Shown here piece by piece: positions 15,074 to 24,000 of a stretch of DNA of 24,000 nucleotides; the first letter of the stretch is position 1; each line of letters opens with the position of its first letter. The stretch lies in NCBI GenBank assembly GCA_027295645.1, contig JAPUKM010000072.1, positions 1 through 24,000 on the forward strand. Direction: 5' to 3'. The notes beneath the pieces are model-generated. The model ran no database searches. It worked only from the letters and a program-made list of their open reading frames with translations, and was not told where the DNA came from. Source of the DNA: Chloroflexota bacterium. Lineage in GTDB: Bacteria > Chloroflexota > Dehalococcoidia > Lucifugimonadales > JAPUKM01. The position numbers and the translations under genes are program-made.

Positions 15074-17290
15074 ATGCCCTTCGCGGAGGTTGCCGTCGAC
15101 GCCCCCATACGGCCGGGCCGCACCTTCACCTACGAAATCCCCGCCCACATCAGCGTCCAGCCGGGACAGATGGTCCAGGTCCCCTTCGGACCCCGTATGG
15201 AGGACGGCATCGTCGTTGAGGTGGCGGAGGCGCCCAAGTTCTCGCCCGCCCGGCCCATCCAGCTCGCCGATCCCCTTGGCCCGCTCCTCACTCAGGCACA
15301 CCTGGACCTGGCGCGCTGGATCAGCGACTACTACATCTCCCCCCTCTTCGCTGCGATGGCCCTCATGCTCCCTCCCCATTTTCGCAACCGGACCCGTTCC
15401 TTCCTCAGCCTGCCCCCGGACAACATCGAAGCCTCGGCGCGTGACCCCCTGGGCGAGCGGGTGCTGTCGCTGGTGCGCAGCCGCGCACGAGGGCGCATCG
15501 CGGAGGAGACCCTCCGTGAGGCCCTCAGCCGCGACACCAAGCAGTCGCCCGACCGCGCTATCGACCGGCTGGTGCGCCGCGGTCTCCTGGTCCGCTCCTG
15601 GACGTGGCGCACCCCGAAAGTCGACCCTCCGGCAAGCAGCATCACAGTGGAAGGCGTGCACGCGCAGGAGCCTCTCGTTCCCACGCCGGCCCAGGCCGAT
15701 GCTCTACAGGAGATCAACGCCGCCCTGGCCGCAGGCGGCCACGCCGCCTTCCTCCTGCGGGGAGTCACCGGCAGCGGCAAGACAGAGGTCTACCTGCAGG
15801 CCCTCGCCCGGTGCCTGGACATGGGTCGAAAGGCCATCGTCCTCGTCCCGGAGATATCCCTGACGCCTCAGACCGTGCGGCGGTTCCAGGCCAGGTTCCC
15901 CGGCAGGGTAGCGGTCCTCCACAGCGGACTCTCCACCGCCGAGCACCGTCGCACCTGGTGGGCCATTCGCCACGGCCGGTACCAGGTCGTGGTGGGGGCT
16001 CGCAGCGCCCTCTTCGCACCTGTCGACAACCTCGGGCTGATCGTCCTGGATGAGGAGCATGAGTGGACCTACAAGCAGCAGGACGCCGAGCCCCGGTACC
16101 ACGCCAGGGCCGCGGCCCTCTACCTCGCCCAGTTGACCCGGGCCGTGGTTGTCCTGGGCAGCGCCACACCGGATGTGGTCTCCTATCATCGAGCCCGATC
16201 GGGAAGGCGGCTGCGTCTCTTTGAGCTTCCCTATCGCGTCGGCGACCATGCAATTCGAAGACCCCTGGCGACCGTGGAGATCGTGGACATGCGCCGAGAG
16301 CTCCGGGAGGGCAACCGGAGCATCTTCAGCCGTGCCCTTCAGCAGGCGCTCCTCGGCACCGTTGGCCGGGGAGAGCAGGCCATCCTCTTCATCAACCGTC
16401 GCGGGGCCGCCGGCATCGTCCAGTGCCGTGATTGCGGCCACGTCCTCCGGTGCCGCAGCTGTGATACCCCGCTGACCTACCACGCCATCCCTGAGCGGCT
16501 GCTCTGTCACCAGTGCAACCGCCGCTCTGCCGTGCCCCAACAGTGCCCAAGCTGTCGCGGCCACCGTATCCGCTACCTCGGCCTTGGAACGCAGCGTGTC
16601 GTCCAGGACCTTCAGCAGTTGGTTCCTGGTGTGAGCGTCCTGCGCTGGGACAGAGACGTGGCCGGCTCCACCCTGGGACAGGAATCTCTGCTTGAACGGT
16701 TCGCGAAAGGCGAGGCCCAGGTCCTCGTCGGCACACAGATGGTGGCCAAGGGGCTGCACGTCGAGGCGGTAACCCTGGTCGGCGTCATCCTGGCCGACGT
16801 CGGGCTTCACCTGCCGGACTTCCGCGCCGGTGAGCGTGTCTTCCAGCTTCTCTGCCAGGTGGCCGGCAGAGCGGGACGCGGTGAGGCGGCCGGCACGGCC
16901 ATCGTACAGACCTACCGCCCTGACCAGTACGCCGTCGCCGCCGCCGCGGGCCAGGACTACCTGGACTTCTTTCAGCAGGAGATCCACTTCCGCCGCACCC
17001 AGCATCTGCCTCCTTTTACCAGGCTCATCCACCTCGTCTTCGCCCACACCAACGCCGGCAGCTGCCAGCGGGAGGCGCAACGCCTGGCACGGGCGCTCCG
17101 TCACCAGCGCGACGCCTGGGCCATCTCCGAGGTCGACCTGTTGGGGCCGGCGCCCGCCTACCCGGCTCGCCTGCGAGGCCGGTACCGCTGGCACCTCCTC
17201 CTACGCGGCCCTGAACCCCGGCTCCTCCTGGACAAGATTGAGCTGCCGCCGGGCTGGACCATCGATGTCGACCCCGTCAGCGTCCTGTAA
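15074..17290 (+). CDS. priA: Primosomal protein N' (replication restart helicase PriA)
   Basis: Walker A GVTGSGKTEVY, DEEH box, and Cys-rich zinc module CRDCGHVLRCRSCDTPLTYH...CHQCN...CPSCRG. 738 aa. Confidence 0.95.
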   Translation: MPFAEVAVDAPIRPGRTFTYEIPAHISVQPGQMVQVPFGPRMEDGIVVEVAEAPKFSPARPIQLADPLGPLLTQAHLDLARWISDYYISPLFAAMALMLPPHFRNRTRSFLSLPPDNIEASARDPLGERVLSLVRSRARGRIAEETLREALSRDTKQSPDRAIDRLVRRGLLVRSWTWRTPKVDPPASSITVEGVHAQEPLVPTPAQADALQEINAALAAGGHAAFLLRGVTGSGKTEVYLQALARCLDMGRKAIVLVPEISLTPQTVRRFQARFPGRVAVLHSGLSTAEHRRTWWAIRHGRYQVVVGARSALFAPVDNLGLIVLDEEHEWTYKQQDAEPRYHARAAALYLAQLTRAVVVLGSATPDVVSYHRARSGRRLRLFELPYRVGDHAIRRPLATVEIVDMRRELREGNRSIFSRALQQALLGTVGRGEQAILFINRRGAAGIVQCRDCGHVLRCRSCDTPLTYHAIPERLLCHQCNRRSAVPQQCPSCRGHRIRYLGLGTQRVVQDLQQLVPGVSVLRWDRDVAGSTLGQESLLERFAKGEAQVLVGTQMVAKGLHVEAVTLVGVILADVGLHLPDFRAGERVFQLLCQVAGRAGRGEAAGTAIVQTYRPDQYAVAAAAGQDYLDFFQQEIHFRRTQHLPPFTRLIHLVFAHTNAGSCQREAQRLARALRHQRDAWAISEVDLLGPAPAYPARLRGRYRWHLLLRGPEPRLLLDKIELPPGWTIDVDPVSVL

Positions 17291-17316
17291 GACCGTTGCC
17301 GTAAATGCCCACTACC

Positions 17317-17346
17317 TTTACACGTTGCGGGCATGCCCCCTATAAT
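17317..17346 (+). promoter_or_regulatory. Candidate sigma70-type promoter of def
   Basis: TTTACA (17317-17322), an 18-nt spacer, then TATAAT (17341-17346). Confidence 0.55.
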
Positions 17347-17366
17347 AGCTTCGAAATTCGTAGCTA
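17346..17366. promoter_or_regulatory. 21-bp near-perfect palindrome overlapping the predicted def -10 and transcription start (operator-like)
   Basis: TAGCTTCGAA-a-TTCGTAGCTA. Nine of the 10 arm positions are complementary. Confidence 0.35.
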
Positions 17367-17402
17367 TATGCTGTTGTACCCTGCGTTGGCAGAGGAGAGT
17401 CC

Positions 17403-17921
17403 TTGGCAGTTCTGCCCCTTCGGCACCTTCCTGACCCGGTTCTGCGCCAGAAGGCCAAGCGGATCAGGACCATCGATGCCGCTCTCCAGAGGCTCATAGA
17501 CGATATGATTGAGACGATGCATGCTGAGAACGGCGTCGGCCTGGCCGCAAACCAGGTTGGCGTCCTCCGACGCGTTGTCGTCATCCAGCTCCCGGATGAC
17601 GAGCAGGCCACGGTACTCATCAACCCGGAGATCATCCTCCGCGAGGGCGAGGTGGAGGTGCACGAGGGCTGTCTCAGCATCCCCGGCTACCGCGGTGACC
17701 TCAAGCGCGCCGTCACCGTTCGGGTCAAGGCCCTCGACCGTACCGGAAAGTCCTTTCGCATCAGGGGGCAGGAGCTCCTCGCCGAGGCCCTGGAGCACGA
17801 GACCGACCACCTGGACGGTATCCTCTACATCGACCACATCACAGACCCGGAGAGCTTCTACAAGATGGACTCCCTGGACGCCTCGGAAGGGGACAGGCAG
17901 GCAAATACCGCCTCCGGCTGA
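17403..17921 (+). CDS. def: Peptide deformylase
   Basis: GVGLAANQVG, EGCLSIPG and HETDHLDG are the three Def motifs. A TTG start gives (M)AVLPLRHLPDPVLRQKA, with GAGGAG about 7 nt upstream. Confidence 0.9.
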   Translation: MAVLPLRHLPDPVLRQKAKRIRTIDAALQRLIDDMIETMHAENGVGLAANQVGVLRRVVVIQLPDDEQATVLINPEIILREGEVEVHEGCLSIPGYRGDLKRAVTVRVKALDRTGKSFRIRGQELLAEALEHETDHLDGILYIDHITDPESFYKMDSLDASEGDRQANTASG

Positions 17922-17936
17922 TATTGCAGCGACACC

Positions 17937-19466
17937 ATGAACACCATCCGCTCTGATATCGCCAACCTGCTCTCTGAAGAGACCCGCTCTCTCCTGCGGC
18001 GTATAGCCACACTCCTCTCCGCTGTTGAGGAGCCGTACCTCGTGGGCGGCTTCCTGCGTGACACCATCTCCGGCCGCACCACACATGACATAGACATCGC
18101 CTTCCAGGAGGACGCCGTCATCGTGGCCCGCCAGCTGGCCGATGCCCTGGGCGGGGCCCTCGTGGTCCTTGACGAGTCGCGGCGTATCGCAAGGGTGGTG
18201 CTCGGGGATGAGGACGGGGCCTTGCTCTCGCAAAAGGAGACATGGCACCTGGACCTGGCCTCGCTCCAGGGAGACCTCCACCAGGACCTGGCCCGCCGCG
18301 ACTTCACCGTCGACGCTATGGCCGTGCCTCTGCGGACCTTCCTGGAGGACGACTGGCGGAGCGCCCTCGTCGATCCCTTCGGTGGCCGGCAGGACCTGGA
18401 GCGACGCCTCATCCGCGCCGTCGGGCCGGATGTGTTCAAGGAGGATGGCATTCGCCTGCTACGGGCTGTCAGATTGGCCGCCGCGCTTGGCTTTGACCTT
18501 GAGGAGGAGACCAGGGCCGCGATCAGGAAGGACGCCGCGGCCATTGACTCCGTTTCCGCTGAGCGGGTCAGAGATGAGCTTCTCGCCATCCTTGCCATCC
18601 CTAACGCCGTGCGCAGCGTATATCTCATGGATGACCTGGGACTCCTGGGCAGACTCCTGCCTGAGTTGGAGGCGGGTCGCAATGTACAGCAGCCCAAGGA
18701 GCACTACTGGGATGTGTTCCAGCACAATATCGAAACCGTCGGTGCCATGGAGGGACTGGTGAGCCGCACTTGGGAACCGCCCTGGATATTGGAAGAGGTG
18801 GTCTGGGACCAAAGCCTGGAGCAGCACTTCAGCGAAGTGGTCACGGACGGCCATACCAGGACCACCCTGTGCAAGCTTGCGGGCCTCCTGCATGACGTCG
18901 CCAAGCCGGCCACCAAGACCGTGGAGACATCCGGGCGGATCAGGTTCCTTGGCCATCACTCCGCGGGTGCCGCCATCGCGCGTTCGGCCATGGAGCGCCT
19001 GCGTCTCAGCCGCCGCGGAGTCCAGATGGTCGAGAGCATGGTTGACCTCCACCTACGCCCGGGCCAGATGAGCCAGGGAGTTGAGCTCCCCACATCGCGT
19101 GCCATCTACCGGTACTTCCGTCGAGCCGGCGATGTGGCGCTCGACACCCTCTACCTGAACATGGCCGACTACATTGCCGCCCGCGGCCCGTACCTGGAAC
19201 GCGACGAATGGGCGGGATATGCGGGCATGGTCCGCCATATCCAGGTCACCGGCGCGGAGCAGCGGCAGGCTGCCACAAGCCCCGGCCTCCTGAATGGTCG
19301 CGATGTGATGGAGCTTCTCGGCATTGGCCCTGGCCCGCAGATTGGGCAGCTGCTTGACATGGTGGAAGAGGCCTGGACTACAGGCGAGATAGCCACTCGT
19401 GATGCAGCCCTGGATCTGATCAAGAAGCGATCGCTTGAATCGCAGGAGAGTGGCACACATGCGTAG
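17937..19466 (+). CDS. cca: CCA-adding enzyme family tRNA nucleotidyltransferase / poly(A) polymerase with a C-terminal HD domain
   Basis: GGFLRDTISGRTTHDIDIAF and RRDFTVDAMAV are the class II nucleotidyltransferase head motifs. LLHDVAKP ... GHH is the HD domain. CCA versus CC-, A-adding or poly(A) specificity cannot be told from sequence by eye. Confidence 0.85.
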   Translation: MNTIRSDIANLLSEETRSLLRRIATLLSAVEEPYLVGGFLRDTISGRTTHDIDIAFQEDAVIVARQLADALGGALVVLDESRRIARVVLGDEDGALLSQKETWHLDLASLQGDLHQDLARRDFTVDAMAVPLRTFLEDDWRSALVDPFGGRQDLERRLIRAVGPDVFKEDGIRLLRAVRLAAALGFDLEEETRAAIRKDAAAIDSVSAERVRDELLAILAIPNAVRSVYLMDDLGLLGRLLPELEAGRNVQQPKEHYWDVFQHNIETVGAMEGLVSRTWEPPWILEEVVWDQSLEQHFSEVVTDGHTRTTLCKLAGLLHDVAKPATKTVETSGRIRFLGHHSAGAAIARSAMERLRLSRRGVQMVESMVDLHLRPGQMSQGVELPTSRAIYRYFRRAGDVALDTLYLNMADYIAARGPYLERDEWAGYAGMVRHIQVTGAEQRQAATSPGLLNGRDVMELLGIGPGPQIGQLLDMVEEAWTTGEIATRDAALDLIKKRSLESQESGTHA

Positions 19467-21087
19467 GGTTGGTTATCGCCGCATTATACTCATTCTGGTC
19501 GTCCTGTTCGTCTCCGTTGCCTCGCTTGCCAACAAGAGCTTCGAAATCTCCTTCCTGGGCGTTAACCTCGAGCGGGGGAGCGACTCCATCCTGGGGCTGA
19601 GATTGGGACTCGACCTTCAAGGGGGCATTCACCTGGTCTATCAGGCACGAGGCACCAAGGAGGTCACCGCGACCTTCCAGGCCCCGCCGGATGTCGAGCT
19701 GGTCCGCACCGCCCTGACCAGCGTGGGCCTAACAGAGACTACCGTCTCTGAGCCCGGTGAAGACGGCCGGACCGTGGTTATTGGTGTCAGTACCCTCCAG
19801 CCTGCGCAGGAGGGGGCTCTGCGTGAGGCCCTTGAGGAGCAGGTCGGTCCGCTGGAGCCGGGCGGCCTCTCTTTCGCCGACGTGGTGGCGAACCCAACGG
19901 CAGACCAGATGCAGGGTGTGCTGGACACCATCGGGCGTCGCGTCAACCCGCTCGGCGTTGCAGAGCCGGTCATCCAGCTCATGGGGAGTGACCGGATACT
20001 GGTACAACTGCCCGGAATCTCTGATGTGGAGGAGGTCAAGACCCTTATCGGACAGACCGCTCGCCTGGAGTTCAGGGAGCGCCTTTGCCTGACCTCCGCC
20101 ATCGACTGCGATGCGCCGGATGGCCACGAGCCGGACAGGCCCACCGGCCTCACCGGCGACGACCTGAGGAGAGCCTTTCCGGGAACACACTCCACAACCG
20201 GAGTGGCCATCGTCAATCTCCAGTTCAACTCAAGGGGCACCCGCATCTTTCGTGAACTGACAACCCGTCTCTACGACAGGTTTCAGCAGGGATTCCCGGA
20301 CCGGTTCGTCATACTGCTGGATGAAGATGAGCTCCTTGCCCCTGTGGTCGCCAACGGGCCAATCCTGACCGGCAACCCCTTTATCTCGGGGCCTGACTTC
20401 ACACCGTCAAGGGTGCGCACCCTGGCCATCCAGCTCGAATCGGGCCGGCTGCCCATTCCCATCGAAGCGGTGCAGGAGCAGAGCGTAGACGCCACCCTGG
20501 GCGCGGAGTCCCTCAGAATGAGCCTCATCGCTGGCATCGTCGGCCTTGGCCTCGTATTGCTGTTCATGGTGCTCTACTACCGTATGGCGGGCGTTGTCGC
20601 CGCACTGGCCCTCCTTGTGTATACCACTGCCGTACTTGCTATCTTCAAACTGGTGCCCGTGACCCTCACCTTGGGAGGCGTCGCCGCCTTCGTCCTCTCC
20701 ATCGGCATGGCCGTTGATGCCAACATCCTCATCTTTGAGCGAATGAAGGAGGAGCTGCGCGTGGGACGGACCCTCGTGGCGGCCATCGAGATTGGCTTCA
20801 GCAGGGCCTGGCCGGCCATTCGTGATAGCAACGTCTCCACCTTCATTACCTGTGCAATACTCTTCTGGTTTGGGCAGCGGCTGGGGAACAGCCTCGTTTC
20901 AGGCTTTGCCCTCACCCTCTTTATAGGAGTGGCCGCCAGCATGTTCAGCGCCCTGACCGTGAGTCGCACACTGCTGCATGTGTTTGCCTCCCTTGGGCTG
21001 GAACAGCAACGGAAGCTGTTCACCCCGGAGCGGTTGCGCTCTGAGGAGCAGGCATCTGGCTCCGGAGTAGCTGAGGAGAGGAGCTAG
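19459..21087 (+). CDS. secD: Protein translocase subunit SecD
   Basis: LGLDLQGGIHLVYQA, a periplasmic P1 domain, and a C-terminal 6-TM block (GIVGLGLVLLFMVLYYR...SIGMAVDANILIFERMKEE). The start is set at ATG 19459 (MRRVGYRR), overlapping the cca stop by 8 nt, with GGAGAG upstream. Confidence 0.92.
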   Translation: MRRVGYRRIILILVVLFVSVASLANKSFEISFLGVNLERGSDSILGLRLGLDLQGGIHLVYQARGTKEVTATFQAPPDVELVRTALTSVGLTETTVSEPGEDGRTVVIGVSTLQPAQEGALREALEEQVGPLEPGGLSFADVVANPTADQMQGVLDTIGRRVNPLGVAEPVIQLMGSDRILVQLPGISDVEEVKTLIGQTARLEFRERLCLTSAIDCDAPDGHEPDRPTGLTGDDLRRAFPGTHSTTGVAIVNLQFNSRGTRIFRELTTRLYDRFQQGFPDRFVILLDEDELLAPVVANGPILTGNPFISGPDFTPSRVRTLAIQLESGRLPIPIEAVQEQSVDATLGAESLRMSLIAGIVGLGLVLLFMVLYYRMAGVVAALALLVYTTAVLAIFKLVPVTLTLGGVAAFVLSIGMAVDANILIFERMKEELRVGRTLVAAIEIGFSRAWPAIRDSNVSTFITCAILFWFGQRLGNSLVSGFALTLFIGVAASMFSALTVSRTLLHVFASLGLEQQRKLFTPERLRSEEQASGSGVAEERS

Positions 21088-21089
21088 CC

Positions 21090-22034
21090 ATGGACTTTGT
21101 GGGCAAGCGTCGCTGGTTCTTCCTCTTCTCCGCGTTGATCATCCTGCCGGGGCTGGTCTCCCTCATCATCCCTCCCTCCCTCCACCTCGGGATCGACTTC
21201 ACCGGGGGCAGCACCATAACAACGAAATTCAGAGCGCCCGTCTCGGAAGAGGCCGTGCGCTCACAACTGGACCTCCTGGGCCACCCGGAGGCGACGATCC
21301 AGCAATCCAGAGGTATCGATTACTTCATCCGCACCCGTGAGCTGGCCGGGCCCGATCTCGTGACAGGGGAACTCTCGGAGGAGGCCCAGATCCTGGAGGC
21401 GTTGGACGGTCTGGGAGTGCGAGAGGGCACCGAAGTCGAGCTGGTGGCCGGCGTGATCGCCACCGACACCCGCAACTCCGCCTTCCTCATCGTCTTCTTA
21501 GCGGCAATAGCTATTTTGCTCTTCGTCACCTACGCCTTTCGAAGTGTTCCCTCCCCCTTCCGGTACGGAATGGCCGCTATCATCGCCCTGGTCCATGACC
21601 TGGTCATCATCCTGGGGATATTCTCTATCCTGGGCAAGCTGATTGACCTGGAGGTGAACGCAATGTTCATCACCGGCATGCTCTTCGTCATCGGCTACAG
21701 CGTCAACGACACCATCGTCGTCTTCGACCGGATCCGCGAGAACGTGACCAGGATGCAGGGCCAACCACTTGAAGTTGCTATAAACAACAGCATCCTGGAG
21801 AGCCTTGGACGCTCCATGGCTACAAGCCTGACACTCCTCTTCGCCATTCTGGCGCTGCTACTCCTGGGAGGCGATAGCATCCGGGAGTTCCTCATCGTGT
21901 TGCTTATCGCCGTCATAACCGGAACCTACAGCTCCATCTGCATCGCCAGCCAGTTCCTGGTCGTCTGGGAAAAGGGAGAGGGGAGGCAACTTCTTCGATC
22001 CGTTCCCTTCTTTTCCTCCCGCTCCCGGTCATAG
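21090..22034 (+). CDS. secF: Protein translocase subunit SecF
   Basis: LGIDFTGGSTI and VIGYSVNDTIVVFDRIREN motifs, with 6 TM segments. Starts 2 nt after the secD stop. Confidence 0.92.
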   Translation: MDFVGKRRWFFLFSALIILPGLVSLIIPPSLHLGIDFTGGSTITTKFRAPVSEEAVRSQLDLLGHPEATIQQSRGIDYFIRTRELAGPDLVTGELSEEAQILEALDGLGVREGTEVELVAGVIATDTRNSAFLIVFLAAIAILLFVTYAFRSVPSPFRYGMAAIIALVHDLVIILGIFSILGKLIDLEVNAMFITGMLFVIGYSVNDTIVVFDRIRENVTRMQGQPLEVAINNSILESLGRSMATSLTLLFAILALLLLGGDSIREFLIVLLIAVITGTYSSICIASQFLVVWEKGEGRQLLRSVPFFSSRSRS

Positions 22035-22050
22035 CTGATAGGCTTTTTCT

Positions 22051-23370
22051 ATGGTCACAGTGTCCATGCCTGTTCGGCGTTTCCACTCCCTCCTTGCAAT
22101 CGTGGCGGTGGCGCTCGTAATAGCCACCGGCTGTCAAAGGTTCCAGAGCGATGCGCCGGAGCCCACCCCGGCCCCCACGGACACTCCTATAGTGGCCACT
22201 GCCGTCCCCACGCCGTCCGTGGGAAGCGAGATCATCGAAGGCAGGCGCTACATTCGACAGCCCCTGCAGGGAGCGACACTTCGGTATGAGGAGCGGCTGG
22301 ACCCGGAGACGGTCTGGCAGTTGCAAGCCTCCTACGTCCTCTCGCGGCAATTGCTTACTGATGAGCTGGGTGTGGACCAGGCGATCCCCTTGGACATCTA
22401 CCTCTCCTCGGCCTCGGAGATCGTGCGGTTCGCCCAGGCCCATGACTTCCAGCATCCGGCATGGCTGGGAGGGTTCTACTACTTCCGGGAGCGCGACGGT
22501 CGGATTGAGGGAGCGGAGGTCTTCGTCAATGCCGCGGCCACCTCCATTCCACAGACCGTCGGCCATGAGATGACTCATCTGAGGACCCCCTCGGCCCCCA
22601 TCTGGCTCAGCGAGGGCATCGCCGAATATATGGGCAGCAGGGTGAGTACGATCCTGGACCCCTTGTGGCAGCAGCGGCGTATGCTTCAAGCACGTCATAC
22701 GGTGCGGTCCGCAGTGCTTGACGGCACCCTGCCAGGCTTTGAAGCGCTGACCCAGTTTGAGTGGAACGCCATAGGCGAATATGCCCTTCTGGAGATGATC
22801 TACTCGGAGACCTGGCAGATTTCAGAGTTCATAGCCAGGACATACGGCTCAGACACCCTCTCCCGGATACTGCTGCTCTATGACGAGGGTCTCTCGCACA
22901 CGGAAGACCCCTTCCCGCAGCTACTCGGGTTGTCGGCGGCCGACCTCTGGAGTGCCTTCGGCACAGATATCGTGGAGAACCTGAACGAGCAGGAGCGCGT
23001 TGGACGGACCCTCTGCTCCATCGATACGATAGCGAAGCGAAGTCTGGACGTTACCGACGATTGGAACAGCCTGGTCTCCCTGAGCTTCCTCCAGGACCAG
23101 CAGATAGTTCAGGCGCGTCTCCGCTCTGTCCATGAAGGCTGGCTGCGGTTGCTGAGCGACACCAAGGCCCTGGAGCCTTCCGGTGACGCCATCGCCGTTC
23201 GCGGCCTCTTCATCGACTACTTCGAGATCATGGTCCATGCCCTCCGTCTCTTCCAGCAGGGCGACACCTCCTCCGCCGATGCCTTCTTGAGCTTGGGGAA
23301 CGACATGGCTCTCCGAAGCGCCACAGTTATAAACAGCGCCTTTGCAGAGCGGTCCTGGCTATCCTGTTAG
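22051..23370 (+). CDS. Putative lipoprotein with a peptidase-MA-like (HExxH) domain and an unknown helical C-terminal domain
   Basis: Signal peptide ends LVIATGC (lipobox-like), followed by a Pro/Thr-rich linker. HEMTHL is followed by WLSEGIAEYMGS, and later by a YSETWQISEFIARTYG...LLGLSAADLWSAF pattern reminiscent of the Peptidase_MA_2 family. The start could be M1 or M6. Confidence 0.6.
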   Translation: MVTVSMPVRRFHSLLAIVAVALVIATGCQRFQSDAPEPTPAPTDTPIVATAVPTPSVGSEIIEGRRYIRQPLQGATLRYEERLDPETVWQLQASYVLSRQLLTDELGVDQAIPLDIYLSSASEIVRFAQAHDFQHPAWLGGFYYFRERDGRIEGAEVFVNAAATSIPQTVGHEMTHLRTPSAPIWLSEGIAEYMGSRVSTILDPLWQQRRMLQARHTVRSAVLDGTLPGFEALTQFEWNAIGEYALLEMIYSETWQISEFIARTYGSDTLSRILLLYDEGLSHTEDPFPQLLGLSAADLWSAFGTDIVENLNEQERVGRTLCSIDTIAKRSLDVTDDWNSLVSLSFLQDQQIVQARLRSVHEGWLRLLSDTKALEPSGDAIAVRGLFIDYFEIMVHALRLFQQGDTSSADAFLSLGNDMALRSATVINSAFAERSWLSC

Positions 23371-23385
23371 AAGAGGACTGCTTCA

Positions 23386-23823
23386 ATGAGTGACATGGTC
23401 CTGGCAATCCTGCTGGGAATCGCAGCAGCGATCGCCTTCGGCTTTGTGCCCGTCTTCGCGCGCCTCGGACTCGTCCACCTGCGCACCAACACCGGAGTCT
23501 TGACCTCTATGCTGGCCGGGCTATTCGTCGTGGGCCTCTTTGCCGTCCCACTGCACATCCGCGACATGTTCGCCATATCCATGCTGACGCTTCTGTGGGT
23601 CGCCATTCTTGGCTTCGCTAACTATCGCCTTGGCCGGTTCTTCAACTACACCTCAGTGCGACTCATTGGTGTGGCCCGGGCCAGTCCTCTCCTCGCTACC
23701 GCTCCACTCTGGGCAACGCTGGCCGCGATTGTTTTCCTGGGAGAGACCCCCAATGCCGCCACCCTGCTTGGCGTAGTGACCGTCGTTGGAGGGGTCGCGC
23801 TGATAGTGAGCGAGAGGTCTTAG
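23386..23823 (+). CDS. Half-size DMT/EamA-domain membrane protein (5 TM, 145 aa)
   Basis: Hydrophobic throughout, with an EamA-like ending (AIVFLGETPNAATLLGVVTVVGGVALIV). GAAGAGGA lies upstream of the ATG. Confidence 0.75.
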   Translation: MSDMVLAILLGIAAAIAFGFVPVFARLGLVHLRTNTGVLTSMLAGLFVVGLFAVPLHIRDMFAISMLTLLWVAILGFANYRLGRFFNYTSVRLIGVARASPLLATAPLWATLAAIVFLGETPNAATLLGVVTVVGGVALIVSERS

Positions 23824-23827
23824 CAGC

Positions 23828-24000
23828 GTGGCGATACCTACTCTCAGAAAGCTTCGTCAGGGGACCGGTAGACCGGTCCTGCTGGGCATGGTTATCGCCG
23901 TAGCGGCGGCGATGAGCTACGGCTCCAGCCAGGTGATAGCCCGACAGTTGGTCACCGAGTCCGTCGCGCCTCTGGTCGTCTCCTTCCTCTCCATGGCGTT
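23828..24000 (+). CDS. Second EamA-domain protein or second half of a split DMT transporter. Partial; runs off the right edge.
   Basis: A GTG at 23828 in a different frame lies 4 nt after the previous stop, with GAGAGG 10 nt upstream. The hand translation VAIPTLRKLRQGTGRPVLLGMVIAVAAAMSYGSSQVIARQLV... looks like the start of an EamA repeat. Confidence 0.5.
   Translation, partial: MAIPTLRKLRQGTGRPVLLGMVIAVAAAMSYGSSQVIARQLVTESVAPLVVSFLSMA

Noticed and set aside
14660-18697. Series of long minus-strand ORFs (333, 496, 305 and 279 aa) opposite rplS, priA, def and cca
   Set aside because: All are antisense to genes with canonical motifs. The translations are Arg/Gly/Pro/Ser-rich and lack signatures.
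21913-22698. 261-aa minus-strand ORF spanning the secF end and the start of the lipoprotein gene
   Set aside because: It crosses an intergenic boundary antisense to two better-supported genes and has no RBS.
1-24000. Screen for CRISPR repeats, transposase or integrase genes, terminal inverted repeats, rRNA/tRNA genes, and defence or biosynthetic clusters
   Set aside because: None seen. The only repeated segment of note is the 39-nt gene-start duplicate at 14369/14446.

Overview
GC-rich bacterial chromosomal window that is densely coded and almost entirely housekeeping. I see no transposase, integrase, CRISPR array, tRNA/rRNA gene or recognisable defence system.

Gene order, left to right:
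- (-) Partial BtuF-like ABC substrate-binding lipoprotein, preceded by a clear cobalamin riboswitch and terminator.
- (-) Operon-like run: nrdR, a 64-aa ORF, the B12-dependent class II ribonucleotide reductase nrdJ, then two small hypothetical genes.
- (-) rsmH-ftsA-ftsZ, a division cluster with no cell-wall genes between rsmH and ftsA.
- (+) mog/moaB-like gene and trmD.
- A block of about 3.9 kb: 6-TM membrane protein and PrkA kinase on (+), luciferase-like oxidoreductase on (-).
- (+) rplS, priA, def, a cca-family nucleotidyltransferase, secD, secF, an HExxH lipoprotein, and two adjacent half-size EamA/DMT genes.

Many long ORFs in the track are antisense shadows of these genes, as expected in GC-rich DNA.

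No convincing novel multi-gene system is visible. The points most worth a second look:
- an AT-hook-like (RRRRGRPRK) C-terminal tail on NrdR
- a well-coupled unknown 64-aa ORF between nrdR and nrdJ
- rsmH and ftsA lying directly adjacent
- non-ribosomal genes sitting between trmD and rplS
- a PIN-like/DUF5615-like small gene pair behind nrdJ
- a duplicated 39-nt gene-start relic upstream of the oxidoreductase
- a split EamA transporter

All family assignments come from reading motifs in the translations by eye. No database search was run.
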